Positions 37,540 to 51,084 of a stretch of DNA of 64,000 nucleotides are shown piece after piece. The DNA lies in contig NC_042998.1 of the NCBI RefSeq assembly GCF_006345805.1, forward strand, positions 199,392,001-199,456,000, in the 5' to 3' direction. Below the pieces are notes generated by a model that worked only from the letters and a program-made list of their open reading frames with translations, had not been told where the DNA came from and searched no databases. Position numbers and translations under genes: made by a program. This DNA comes from Octopus sinensis. Taxonomy: Eukaryota. Numbering within the stretch: the stretch's first letter is position 1; each line of letters opens with the position of its first letter.

Positions 37540-37830
37540 ATTTGTGGGTGGGATAAATATTATTTGCTGATGTCTCTAAACTATGCAGCAATTTTCGCGC
37601 TTGCTCTATTTCATTGGAAATGAATGTTGTATCATCAGCGAAGTCAATGTTGGTTAGGTAGAACTCTGCATGATCTGCGTTAGTCTCTGATAAATCCCAA
37701 TTTTGCTTGATTGTTTCTTGCGCAGGATAATGGGGCTAGAGTGTCTCTTTGCAAAAATGTTGCTTGCCCATCTGAAGAGAGTACTCGAGCTCTTGTATGT
37801 TCGTAAGTCTAAGGATTAGTATTGTAAAAA
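37540..37830 (-). pseudogene. LINE reverse transcriptase core fragment (RTE-like)
   Basis: QRDTLAP (QGDTLAP-like) and LTNIDFADD motifs in shifted frames. Confidence 0.7.
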
Positions 37831-38104
37831 CTCGCAACCATTAACCCGACCCGTAGGTTGTTGCAGCACCTTGAAAAGTTCGAAAAGCTTTTGAAGCCTA
37901 CTAATCAGAAGGTACAGACGAACACGGTTTGGGGTTGCAAACCAACAAAACCAAACTACAGAAATTATATGATACCGTAGAAGCAGAAAATCTGGGGTAA
38001 CACTCAAGCCTGTCTGGGGGGGGAACGAAAATTAGACGCCTTTCAAAAGAGACTAACAAGATCAGAGAACTACGTCTTCGCGTATCAGGTCATTGCATGC
38101 AGCT

Positions 38105-38342
38105 GCAAGAAGAAGAAGGGGGGGAGGAGGAGAAGAAGAAGAAGAAGAAGAAGAAGGGAGAGGAGGAGAAGAAGAAGAAGGGGGAGGAGGAGGAGAAGAA
38201 GAAGAAGGAGGAGGAGAGAAGAAGAAGAAAAGAAGGAGAAGAAGGAGACGAAGAAGAAGAGGAGGAGGAGGAGGAGGAAAAAGAAGAAGAAGGAGAAGAA
38301 GAAGAAGAAAAAGAAGAAAGAGACGACGACGAAGAAGAAGAA
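38105..38342 (+). repeat. (GAA/GGA)n purine tract
   Basis: Directly visible. Confidence 0.95.
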
Positions 38343-38344
38343 AA

Positions 38345-38545
38345 ATTAAGACTTTTCTTCTGGAATGCACAAAACGGTACTGGCAAGCACCGGAGACGTC
38401 ATTTCCCATTCATCGACAACCTGAAGGGGGACACAGGATTAGATTTTTTTTTACATAAACTAAGAGTGGTGATGATAATGGATCAAGATGTTTGGCAAAA
38501 TGACTTTGTGTTCGAGCACCAGGTGGACTCACAATCAAAGGAAAT
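38345..38545 (+). pseudogene. RTE-like LINE ORF extreme 3' end
   Basis: FIDNLKGDTGL...MDQDVW resembles the conserved RTE C-terminus. Confidence 0.5.
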
Positions 38546-38980
38546 ATAATTTGAAGTATATCGAATCGTCTTTGTCTGTGATTTGTTTTCGGAGAATGTT
38601 GAATGCAAGAAGAAAAGTTGTGGTTAAAGTGCTATGTCATAGTGTTTTAATGTGCTATAATCTCGATTTTTGTCGAAAATTTAAAACCTGGAACCCATCC
38701 TTGGTGATCTTTAAAATTTATGCCAGAATAATTTGGACAATACTGTCAGAATTTTGCACATTGGACAAAGACTGAAACAATCTGGTGGACTCTGGAATGA
38801 ATGAAGTATGAGATCTCTGATGGGATTTCTGTAATCATTGCCTGTCATTGCATGACAGGCAATTTGATTTTTCTATAATAATTGCCAGGATTATTAACGT
38901 AAAAAAGAAGCAAAAGAGAAAAACTGCAACGATATAGACTTTATGGTTAATGACAAATTGCACACACGCATACATCTATG

Positions 38981-39032
<52 letters not shown>

Positions 39033-39128
39033 ATATATATATGTGTATATATATATGAATATATATATAGTATATATATATATGTATATGTATATATATA
39101 TGATATATATAATATATATATATATATG

Positions 39129-39179
<51 letters not shown>

Positions 39180-39317
39180 ATATATATAGTATAATATGTA
39201 TATATATATGTATATATATATATGTATATATATATGTATATATATATATGTATGTATATATATATATGTATTATATATATGGATATATAATGTATATTAT
39301 ATATATATATATGTATA

Positions 39318-39377
<60 letters not shown>

Positions 39378-39381
<4 letters not shown>

Positions 39382-39520
39382 ACAGTTTACGAAAAAAACA
39401 AAAGACGAAGACAGGTGGTGCACCAAAACAAACATATGTATAATATAACGATCAGGAATAGAAAAAGTTTCGAGCCTACGCTCTTCTACAGAAAGGGACA
39501 CAGAAAAAAAAAGGATAGAA
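39378..39520 (-). mobile_element. Mini HHR element in (TA)n; HHR remnant at 39467-39495
   Basis: CTTT-CTGTAGA-A-GAGC-GTAG-GCTC-GAAAC, then a 9-nt deletion covering the cleavage site. Confidence 0.75.
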
Positions 39521-39560
<40 letters not shown>

Positions 39561-39928
39561 TACGCACGTATACTCAGTTATGTGAATGATACTCTTCGCG
39601 GAGGTGCGAGTATATAGAATTAAAAGAATGATTAAAAAGTTTAAGAATTTGGTGTAAAGTTTCTCATTTAGTTCAATAAGTAATTCCACCCGGAAATTGT
39701 ATATAAATCACGTATTCAGCAGACAAGTAACCGAGAATATGCGCCGCTGCATACACCGTCGGACATTAATTGTAAATGTGACGTAATGGAACAGAGCGTA
39801 AGACTAATGGCCTTCCTGCATATGATCAGTCAAGATTCTACAAGCTTTATATTATGAAGCGATATTAACAACAATGTCGTAGAAGTGACATATATATTTA
39901 GCATTATATATATATATATATATATGTA

Positions 39929-40568
39929 GAATGGCTGTATACTGTCAATCTAACAAGAACGTGACAGTAGGGGGTACACCACCGTTGTATAGCCCTAGGA
40001 GGCATCGAACGCCTCTTGACAGCTTCGACACATTTTTTCCCTGTGTCCTTATATACATATACGAAGGGGAGACAAACACCCCAAACCGCCGTAACCGCAT
40101 CTAGCGACACCGTGTTTCAGGATAATTGTCCTTCATCGGCATAGAGTAGCAGACACCGGTCGGCTGGTGATATTTGTCAGGACTTCGTATCTGTATATAT
40201 GTAAACTCAGTGAAGTCTATTCACTGATTATCAAAATAAGAAATATTGAATTTCTAAATCTCTCGTAGAGATATGTACGGTGTTGGGGCGATAGAATGGT
40301 TGTATGAAGGACAACGATCCTGAAACACGGTGTCCCTAGATGCGGTTCCGGCGGTTGGGGGTGTTTGTCTCCCCTTCGTATATGTATATAAGGACACAGG
40401 GAAAAAATGTGTCGAAGCTGTCAGGAGGCGTTCGATGCTTCCTAGGGCTATACAACGGTGGTGTACCCCCTACTGTCACGTTCTTGTTAGATTGACAGTA
40501 TACAACCATTCTATCGCCCCACCACCGTACATATCTCTACGAGAGATTTAGAAATTCAATATTTCTTA
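39929..40568. mobile_element. Inverted pair of HHR elements; the minus copy is a circularly permuted ~365-bp monomer
   Basis: Minus copy 40305 to 39929, plus copy 40304-40568. HHR-like motif (C)CGATGA-AGGA-CAATTA-TCCT-GAAAC-ACGGT-GTC-GCTAGA at 40100-40146 (minus). Confidence 0.75.
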
Positions 40569-40604
40569 TATATATATATATATATATATATGGTTTTATA
40601 TAGT

Positions 40605-40850
40605 ACTAGCAGTATCGCCTGGCGTTGCTCGGGTTTGTTTCGACTCTTTAGAATTGAAATTTTTGAAAAGTAAAAATTTTGCATTATGTAGCTGGTTATT
40701 CTCTTTAAGTGAACATTTTTCTGGTTGAAATACACCGAAAAATGGCGACACAGCAGTAAAAAAAATCGTTAAAAAATAGGGATTTTCATAGAAAAAAAGC
40801 AACCTTTTCATGTAAATAATTTTTGGTTTTAACATGGTCCGATTTGAAAT
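40605..40850 (+). mobile_element. Helitron-like non-autonomous element, 5' part
   Basis: ACTAGCAGTATCGCCTGGCGTTGCTCGGGTTTGT start shared with 63376. Confidence 0.5.
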
Positions 40851-40918
40851 TTTTACATATTTTTACACACATACACACACACATATATATATATAAATAT
40901 ATATTTACGCACACACAT

Positions 40919-40963
<45 letters not shown>

Positions 40964-41540
40964 AATTCAAACTATAATGAAAGTAAACAAAGAATAACAC
41001 TAACAGAATAGCAGGAACAGGTTAAAATATGCATATTTTTCAGAAAAATTTGACTCAAACACACATATCTGTTACCGTTCATAGTACTTTACCATTAAGC
41101 TAAACTGCCCACTGAAAAATTAATCTGCGAGTTTTGAACTTATAAATCTAGCTTACAAGACGCTGATGTTAGATTCAAACTATGATGAAATTGAATAGAG
41201 AAAGTTTGCATTATTCTGCTTTTGAGAATAAATTATTTCCTTATCTGTACATCTCAATACATCTCAACGCTTCTAAAGCAAACACTATGTTTACTTTCAT
41301 CGTGGTTTGAATTTAACATCAGCGTCTTATAAGCTACATTTGTAAGTTCAAAAACTGCAGATTAATTTGTTGGTGGGTAGTTTAGCTTAATGGTAAATCA
41401 CTATGATCGGTAATCACAGGGATATGAGTTCGAGTGTCATGGCTGGCCGCTGACAAATGTTTCTACAAAATATGGATATTTTATCCTGTTCCCACTATTC
41501 TGTTTGCATTATTCTGCGTTTGAGAATAAATGTCTTTATC

Positions 41541-41577
<37 letters not shown>

Positions 41578-42547
41578 GTGTGTGTGTGTGTGTGTATGTG
41601 TGTAAAGGACGCTTGTTTTCCAAAATGGAGGCGAACTCCCTTCTCCATGTGATTGGCTTGAAAGATTGTTAAGAAACTAAGATATTTTCCTACTTTCCCT
41701 GGCATGAAACCAATGGTAGCCTTAATTCAGAAAAAAAGCAATTATATCCACCAATGCTGTGTTGAACACTCATTGCCATCGATCGACATTTATGTATACA
41801 CGCACGCATACACACACACACACACACACACGTGTGTGTGTATGAATTGCATGCATTCTTGTAAGTATGCATGTTATATATATGTACGCACATCTGTGTG
41901 TGTGTATCTGTGTGCGTGCGTTTTTTTTCTGTCTATAAATGTTAACATGTGACTGTTTGCATGTATTCAACCCTAGAACCTCATATAGAGAGGCAGGTGG
42001 ATTTTGTTTTTTTTTACAAATATTCTATGTACCTCTAATCGACTGCATCTGGAGAATGCTGTTGCACCGTTATAGTTTGGAGAACCACAGCAATTCTAAA
42101 TGTTATGCACACACGTTGTTACGTAGTCCAGAGAACGTTTACTAACAGATACAAAATATATCAGAAGTTCACAATTCATATATAAGAGTCTTAGTTTCTC
42201 ATTAGTGCTCTATAGAATTTCTCCTTTATCTCAGCTTTTGAGGAGACATTCACAACCGCCGTTTAGTTGATCTTTATAACAAGGCATGACTTTTGCTCCC
42301 TATATCGTACATTAATATCCGACTTGTGATTATACCTAATCTCTGTTTCTATTGGAAAGTGCAACCAATATTCTTGATTTTTAAAGGCGTAAGTACTTAT
42401 TTGTTCTGGTGTGCTTTTATATGGCTGTTCAGACACACCTTCCAACATTTAGCATCGTGGGTGGTTTCAGCAACAATGTCATGTTTCACAGGAATAGAGT
42501 ATTTTGTGGATGCTTTTAGACAGCTGATGATAGAGATGATATGTGTG

Positions 42548-42829
42548 TATCACGTGACCACGTGACCGACCAGACCATCAGATATTGTTACACATCGCTG
42601 GTCACAATGCGTAAGCATTGTTTTAGCCTTCGAATGACGCCACTGCGCTGGCTAAGCGAGCGGGCCAACAGAAGAATGAGTGGTGAAAGAGTACAGCAGG
42701 GAGCACCACCCCCTGCCGGAGCCTCGTGTTTTCGCTGAATAAACACTCACAGGGCCCGGTCTGGGAATCGAAACCGCGATCCTACGACCACGAGTCCACT
42801 GCCCCAACCACTGGGTCATTGCACCTCCA
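42548..42829 (-). mobile_element. SINE-F, tail variant 4
   Basis: Shared head and body. Tail homologous to 51085-51200. Confidence 0.8.
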
Positions 42830-42836
42830 TATATAT

Positions 42837-42878
<42 letters not shown>

Positions 42879-43869
42879 TGGTCATGTATGTTTGCATGCA
42901 TACATTAGTGTGTATGTGTGTATGCATGCAGAACTGTATGCATATAAGTATATATGTTGTCACTTATATATTATTACGAGAAAATCTCACTAATGGAGAT
43001 AGCACTGGTTTCCAGTACAGAAACAAGGTCACTTCAGTGGGATGTAAATTTGGGGGTAATGCATGTATATACACATACATGAACACAGTAGTTATGTTGG
43101 AACATATGTAGCTGCACAGCTGTGCAGGAACACAATATATACGTTACTGCAAACCCGTGTATGTCTACAAGTATGCATTTACTGCATTGGGGAATGTGTG
43201 TGCTTTGACTTATATACGCGTACATATACCTATTACATACAGGTTAAACTTTTGAAATATTTTACGTTTAACACTTCCATTAATGGTCTGTAATTCAATT
43301 TATAAATTCGCAGTGTCCTTTCTACTTCTGTGCATCTCAGCTTCTCAAGATAAGTGCTGAGACATAATCAGCATAATCAGTTACATAATCAACTGCTCCA
43401 ATAATCACAAGTATAAATCTATATGTAGTGTGAGCAGATTTCTCATTAATTCGGTATAGATGTTTTCTTTTTCAATTATTCTCAACATAATATCAACGTC
43501 TGCTGAGCAGTAACTTTCTGCTACTCTGCACAATTTCTTTCTCTGACTCACATCATTATGTCTGGCTTGTATTTATATTTTACATCAGTTCGGAGAGGAA
43601 TAATTTGTAAATATACTTTCGTATCATCAGTAGACTTGCATTTTGAATCATTATAACTACTTGTATTTTTATCGTTTAAACCTTGAACAGAGGCATAATC
43701 GATCTGATGGGATACTATCAAGCAACCCAGTTTCAATTCTAAAGCTTGGATGAATGAAATTAAGTTAAAACACACTTGTCCAAGGTGTCACACAATTAGG
43801 ATCAAACTTGTGACCACGTTTTGCGAAAAAAATTCTTAACCAGTTGGCCTTTTGGTATATATGTGTGTG

Positions 43870-44087
43870 TGTGTGTATCGCCATGATAGATCGTTAGCCA
43901 CTACATACATTTTTTTCTCTCCTAGGTTTTTTCCCTCCTTGTTTTTTTCTGTGTCCCTTTCTGTAGAAGAGCGTAGGCTCGAAACATAAAATACTTTTTC
44001 TATTACTGAGCATTATACTAATACATCTGTTTGTTTTGTACACCACCTGTCTTCGTCTTTTGTTTTTATCGTAAACTCTCTCCCTAT
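43870..44087 (+). mobile_element. Mini HHR element, longest copy; HHR at 43957-43992
   Basis: CTTT-CTGTAGA-A-GAGC-GTAG-GCTC-GAAAC-ATA-AAA (GTA changed to ATA). The tail ends CCCTATATATA. Confidence 0.75.
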
Positions 44088-44099
44088 ATATATAGGTAT

Positions 44100-44135
<36 letters not shown>

Positions 44136-44317
44136 GTACCACACACAAACACACACACAAACACACACACACACCACACACACACACATATATATATGTG
44201 TGTGTGTGTGTGTGTGGTGTGTGTGTGTGTGTGTGTGGTGTGTGTGAGTGAGTGTGTGTGTGAGTGTGTGTGTGTGTTTGTTTATATATGTATATATATC
44301 TTTTATCTTTTACTCGT

Positions 44318-44520
44318 TTCAATCATTCGACTGCAACCATGCTGCGATACTGCCTTGAAGAATTTTATTCGAACGAATCGACTAAAGTACTTATGTTTGT
44401 AAAGCCTGGTACTTAGACCATTGGCACATTTCGATGAACCGCTAAGTTACGAGGTCTTAAACATAGCAACACCTGTTGTCAAGAAGCCGTGGGAAACAAA
44501 CAATCGCACGCGCGCACACA
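44318..44520 (-). mobile_element. SINE-D 3' portion
   Basis: Homologous to 44656-44860. Confidence 0.7.
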
Positions 44521-44655
44521 CACATTCATTATTCCCAAACAAAAATATTATTAAAAGTGACTTCGAAGCTTCATGCAGATAACTCTCTGTCAAACACCTC
44601 GACAGTCCGAGTATGGCTCAACTGTCCGAAATTTCGAAGTCACTGTCTATAATAT

Positions 44656-45054
44656 TCTTTCTCTCTTTTACTGTTTCAGTCATTTGACTGCGGCCATGCT
44701 GGAGCACCGCCTTTAATCGAGCAACTCGACCAGGGACTTATTCTTTTGTAAGCCCAGTACTTATTCTATCGGTCTCTTTTGCCGAACCGCTAAGTAACGG
44801 GGACATAAACACACCAGCATCGGTTGTCAAGCAATGCTAGGGGGACAAACACAGACGCACAAACAAACACACGCATATATATATATATACATATATACGA
44901 CGGGCTTCTTTCAGTTTCCGTCTACCAAATCCACCCACAAGGCTTTGGTCGGCCCGAGACTATAGTAGAAGACACTTGCCCAAGGTGCCACACAGTGGGA
45001 CTGAACCCGGAACCATGTGGTTGGTAAACAAGCTACTTACCACACAGCCACTCT
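44656..45054 (-). mobile_element. SINE-D (CORE-like), full length
   Basis: tRNA-like head GAGTGGCTGTGTGGTAAG...GGGTTCAGTCCC. The central GGCACCTTGGGCAAGTGTCTT resembles the CORE domain (recalled, unverified). Confidence 0.85.
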
Positions 45055-45870
45055 TGCATAAAAATAATAAATGTGTACTCTATAATGTAACCACATAGAT
45101 AAATGAATTGTATAAAACCTGTGGGTGTGTTATTACTGGTATAATGACACTCCAGGCATACAACAAAATATGTTTCAACACACGAGTTCACATAAAAAAT
45201 CTTGCAGAACTAAAACTTATAACCTGTTTATAAGAACCCCACGTAAATTTCTCTTGGTTTATTGTATTTTATACCTTTCTATGTCCAGCTTTGAGTGTTT
45301 CACAGAGTCTATTTAGAACAGAATACAAAACGTGAGAGGAAACTCTCATGCATCATTTTGTGGTTGTGTGCTAGAAAGCTTGGTTCTTAATCATATGGTT
45401 CCGTGTTCAGTCCCACTGCATGACACATTTGGCTAGTGACTTCTATTATAGATAGCCTCGGGTCATCGGCCCACCAAAGCCTTGTGAGTAGATTTGATAT
45501 ATATATATATAACGGCGGTGCATCAGCATGGCCGCAGCTCTGAGCTGAAACTAGAAAAAAAAAAAATATATATATCTAATGAGGATAAAATTTCTTTCGA
45601 AAAAAATATTTTTTCGAAAACAATTTTATCAATGGCCAGCATATTAAAAAATACCTTAAACGGTTAAATTTATAAACAATTCATAAATGAGGGCAAAGGA
45701 AAAAATTTCTAATGCCAAATATGCCGAAAAATTGGACATATTGTCCATTAACCATATAATTCTTTCACAATACGCACGCTACTCGAAAAAAGGTCGACAG
45801 ACATTTCTAAGAAATTCCATTATTACCATATCGGACCGATTTCAGATTAGCTACTAAGAGCCCTATATAT

Positions 45871-45912
<42 letters not shown>

Positions 45913-46085
45913 CAATGCTCGAAATGAGGAGTAGGTGGATAGCCGACATTTGATGAAGGGTCGTTCTTTATATTACTTGTCCTGATTTCCATTTGTTCCA
46001 CTCGTTGATTGCGTATTCAACTCATTTGTTTTCGTATTTCACTTTGTTTACACTTTGTGACGTCCTGTCTCTATATATGCATATA

Positions 46086-46126
<41 letters not shown>

Positions 46127-46134
46127 TATATATA

Positions 46135-47471
46135 CAGCGATTGGACAATATAATGGAAACACCTACCATCCTAGCATCATAAATTTTGAAATGTCTATAA
46201 AACCGTCAAATGCTTGTTTATTTTTATGTTTTTTTTTTATTTATTATAAGTGTTGCTTAAAACGTTTTGCTAAAATTGCTCTTTCTTTTCAGATATCATC
46301 AGAAAAAAAGGTAATTAATATTCATTTAGATGACAGATCTATCGAACTTTCAAAGAGGTCAAATTGTTAGTGCCCGTGTGGAGGCACTAGCGTAACGAAA
46401 CAGAGCCGAAATGTTTGGTGTATCAGGAAGTACTGTCTTTAAAGTAATGACAGCTTTGAAAAAGAGGGAAAAAACCTCCTCGTCGAAACAAATCTCCGGA
46501 AGAAAACCAAAACTTTCAGATGGGGAATGTCTGACTCTTACGCAAATTGTTAGAAAGGATCGCAAAAGTACAGCTGCCAAAATTACTGCAGAGCTTAATG
46601 GCCGCCTCGAGAACTCTCTTTCCACAAAAACTGTTCGCCGGGAGCTGCTCAAATTCGGATTTCACGGAAGGGCTGCAATCAGAAAACCACTACTTTCAAA
46701 AACAAAGGTTGCATAGCGTTTAGAGTGGAGTAAAAACCTACAGAATTAGTCCCTAGAGCAGTCGAAGAATGTTATTTTCTCGGACGAGCCATCCTTTACC
46801 ATATTTCCGACCACCGGCCGAGTATAAGTGTGGAGACAGCCAAAAGAAGTATTTGACCCAGACTGCCTTCTTCCAACTGTTAAACATGGAGGAGGATCTG
46901 TGAGGTTATATCTTAGAAATAATCTGGGGGCGGGGTTATATCTTGGAAATAATCTGGGTGGGTGGGGGGTTATATCTTGGAAATCCGCCGGCCCAATGGT
47001 TTCCCTTTATGACAGAATTAATTGTGAAGACAATCTAAGCATTTTATGTAATCAAATTTACCCTATGGTTGCAAAACTGTTTTCGGAGGCAAACGCAATC
47101 TTTCAGGATGATAATGCACCAATTCACACAGCTAAAGTTGTTACTGAATAGCACTAGGAACATTCTAGTGAAGTTGAACTTCTTATCTGGCCAGCACAGT
47201 TCCCAGATCTCAATATAATTGAACATTTATGGTGCATTTTAGAAAACAAGTAAGGAGTCGATATCCTCCACCATCATCACTACAAGAACTGAAGACTGTT
47301 TCTGCTGAAGAACAGACGGAAATTCCTATGGAAACAATTCAAACTTTGTACGAGCACGTTCCTCGTATAATCGTATAATTCAAGGTGGAATTACTGCCAA
47401 AGGCAGTCCTACCCCATATTAAAATAAATCTGTTCGAAATGTTAAGGTGTTTGCGTTATTTTGTCCAACCC

Positions 47472-47474
<3 letters not shown>
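46135..47474 (+). mobile_element. Tc1-like DD36E transposon, full length but decayed
   Basis: TA-flanked 30-bp TIRs (CAGCGATTGGACAATATAATGGAAACACCT / CATGGGTTGGACAAAATAACGCAAACACCT). QDDNAPIH-to-E spacing is 36 codons with in-frame stops. Internal triplication of GGTTATATCTTRGAAAT at about 46903-46985. Confidence 0.9.
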
Positions 47475-47505
<31 letters not shown>

Positions 47506-47700
47506 CCTATATATATATATGTATATATATTATATATATATTGCATATATATACACATGTGTATATTTATGTATATGTATGTTTGTGAGTAAGGATATAT
47601 GTATATATATATATATATATTATATATATATATATATACATACATAACGATATATATATATATAATATATATATATATATATAATATATATATATATAAT

Positions 47701-47732
<32 letters not shown>

Positions 47733-48405
47733 CAAACATACACACACACACATACACACACATATATATATACACATACATGTACACTCATAAATATATA
47801 TCATTTATTTATAATGGAATTTCACTTGCTGTCTCGTATTCCTGACGTGAAAATAAATCTAAGTTATTTTGCATCAAATAAAAATAAAAATAAAAATAAA
47901 AATAGTAAACAAAGTCAAACAAAATTACAAATGCAATTATATCACGCACGTACTACACACTCATACCATACCCGAATATACAAAAAAAAAAAGATAAATA
48001 AATGAAATTATAAAAATATAAAATATAATGTAGACATTTCCAAAAAATGTTGTAAGCAGAATATTTTGTAATTTTCTCAAGAGGTTGGATATTATTTTAA
48101 TACTGAAATACAGAAATGCTAAGATGTCTTGATACGACCTCATTTGCATATTTTTCAGGCTTCATGTCAAAGGTCATTATTAATATCGATGTTATAGCTG
48201 CACAAATTTCTCTTATTCTTAGTCTATTTGTTTTATGGGATACAGTTTTGTCTATATAATAAATGTTTAAATTTTCTTTTATCGATTTTCCTGTCGATAT
48301 TTTCCGAGAAAAATGAGCATGGTTGCTAGCGCGTGTCGTTCGAGTATTCTTATACACATACATATACCTTTTCACATATAAACACAAACATACGCATACT
48401 CATGA

Positions 48406-48448
<43 letters not shown>

Positions 48449-49315
48449 TCATCTCTCTCTCTCTTTCAGCTTTTCTCTTCTTCTGTATTTCTTTCTTTTT
48501 CCTCCTTCCCACTTTTCTTCCTTCCCACCCATTTTCTCATTCTTGTACACACATTCTTGAAATCAAGAAAAAGAAAAAAAACGTAGACATTTCTACCCTC
48601 TAACAAGACCTAGAAACCATATATACAACTAGCAACAACAACAACAAAAAAATTAATAAACAAATAAAAATAGAGGAATGTTCTGCTACGCTACACATTC
48701 TCATGCTCACCGTTACGGACAGAAAACCAAAACGGAATGTTTCATCTTACCATAAACAAATAAAGAATTAAGAACAAAAACACCGAACTTGTTCGTGACC
48801 TCTGCGTAGTCTATGTCTGCAGGATACATCTTTCTCTATACACATCAACAGATTATAAACTTCGTCCCAAGAGCTTGTGTTTGTCTAGGTACTGAAATAT
48901 TTCAAAACGCGATTGTATCAATGCTGATGTTAATCTTCTAGAAATCATGTTCCCGAAGTATTTCATCCGATATATTACGAGTTATTATTTACAACTTCAT
49001 TTATATTTGAGCAACTTCTTAAAAGAGATCTTTTCAATTTTTTCAATGCTTCAAACAAACCAAATATAATACAGTTACTGTGTTGCTTGAAGAGCCTCAA
49101 ATTTAAACGGTTGAATATTGTCAGGAAATCTTTGATGTAGCAGTTATCGCAGGTGTCGAGTAACCGACAGAAAAAGGAGTTTAATTCCCACAGGTGATTC
49201 TGTTAGTACTTTTTCGTTTAAGGAGTATTTTACTGGATATATTACACACTTCTAGAACGAGTTACGCACACACATACACATATACATCTGTGTGTGTGTT
49301 TGTGTGTGTATATAA

Positions 49316-49546
49316 GGCGGCGAGCTGGCAGAAACGTTAGCGCGCCGGGCGAAATGCTTAGCGGTATTTCGTCTGTCGTTACGTTGTGAGTTCAAATTCC
49401 GCCGAGGTCGACTTTGCCTTTCATCCTTTCGGGGTCGATAATTTAAGTACCAGTTACGCACTGGGGTCGATGTAATCGACTTAATCCCTTTCTCTGTCCT
49501 TGTTTGTCCCCTCTATGTTTAGCCCCTTGTGGGTAGTAAAGAAATA
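49316..49546 (+). mobile_element. SINE-A, full length
   Basis: Complete head and body. Confidence 0.9.
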
Positions 49547-49559
49547 TATATAAGTGAAG

Positions 49560-49885
49560 ACGCATGGCTCACTGGTTAGAACGTTGGGCTCTCAAACCTA
49601 AGGTAGTGAGTTCGATTCCCGGCCAGGGCTGTGTGTTGTGTTCTGGAGCAAGACACTTTATGTCACGTTGCTCCAGTTCACTCAGCTGTAGATATGATTT
49701 GCGACGTGACTGGTGCCAAGCTGTATCGACCCCTTTGCCTTTCCCTTGGATAACACTGGTGGCGTGGAGAGAGGAGACTGGTATGCATGGGCGACTGCCG
49801 GTTTTCTATAAACAACCTTGCTCGGACTTATGCCTTGGAGGGAAACTTTAAGTGCAATCCCATGGTTGTTCATGACCGAAAGGTG
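49560..49885 (+). mobile_element. SINE-B, full length
   Basis: tRNA-like head GCATGGCTCACTGGTTAG...GAGTTCGATTCCC. Tail homologous to 55075-55230 (minus). Confidence 0.8.
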
Positions 49886-49891
49886 TATTTA

Positions 49892-49930
<39 letters not shown>

Positions 49931-51084
49931 AGCAAAAATGCTTGTTCTAAAATTTCTCTAAGAGATCAACACAGTAGTTGTACTAACAAGTAATGTTTGT
50001 AGCCACTTCAAAATATCTGTCCGTTCGAACGGACTTTACTGCGATTTTTTTTAACCCCCAGAGGACATCTCCACTATCTGGTTAATGATGCACAGCTGAA
50101 TCCGAGATACCAGCTGTATTACATCCGAGAATATGGCAGAAATTATTTCCTCGAAGAGCAGTCCAGTGAAATCGAACAGGGTACCACGATGTTATAACGT
50201 GAACAACTTAACCACAATAGAAATATAGTAGGATAAGGCACATTGCAGTAGTCCTTTGTCGTAAATGATTGTTGAATGCTGTTTAATATGACCCTTTAGG
50301 TTTGAGTAATAAAGTTTACAACTTAAATGTTTGCAGAAACTAATGTAAATAGCATTTGTCATCCGGAATTTGCTTAGTAATTTGTAGGGTTGCAGTTTAT
50401 AGTCGATGAAGAGGCTTTTAGTTTTAATGTTTTGTAATTTATTATTAGTGTTAGGTCACGAATGAGTAAATAATTCGTGTTGTCTTCTACCCTATGAGGT
50501 TTCCAACAACATATTAAACTATTCTATAGCCAAAATGCATTTCATTTGGTTGATGTACTTCGCTGTATAGGTAGTTTGCTTCATTTTATTGGTTGTATCA
50601 TTTGTTATATTGTATTGACTTTGATTCTGTGTTCTCCTCTAGTTTGGCCTTCTAACATATTTGCATATCCGTTCTTGTTTGTTTTGTTCTATAGATCTTT
50701 GTATGCTTTATTAGTGGAGAAAAATCTAGAACGACTTAACCAATGTATATGAGTGGCGATGTAAGGGTTGTCATATTTGAAAGTTAAGAGCAACAGAAAA
50801 TATTCCCTAGTTATGAGCAACAGAAAATATTCTCTTAGTGGCGTGAAATTTATTAAAGATATAGAGGTTTCGCTTGTATTAATTTATTTAATGAAGATGA
50901 TTTGTTGAATAAACCGCTAGAATCTGTTGGTCGAATATTTCGCTACGAGTGAAACTTGAAACCTTTACAAACCCAGTATGCTTATTATATGTAATACATA
51001 ATATAAAATATGAAAATATGTGAATATTAAAAATATACATGAAACACACACATACACACATACATATATATAATATATATATAT

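Noticed and set aside
38062-38549. Poly-E/K/R/S ORFs of 98-150 aa
   Set aside because: They arise from the GAA/GGA tract. Only the short RTE-like 3' part looks like real coding relic.
45590-46072. Two TA-flanked segments resembling HHR-element tails (TTGATGA at 45950)
   Set aside because: The cores are too degenerate (no properly placed GAAAC or stems). Possibly old relatives, but unsupported.
49560-49630. tRNA genes at SINE heads (also at 4673-4735, 16960-17033 and 41370-41440)
   Set aside because: They have A/B boxes but I could not fold a complete cloverleaf with an acceptor stem. Most continue into repeat bodies.
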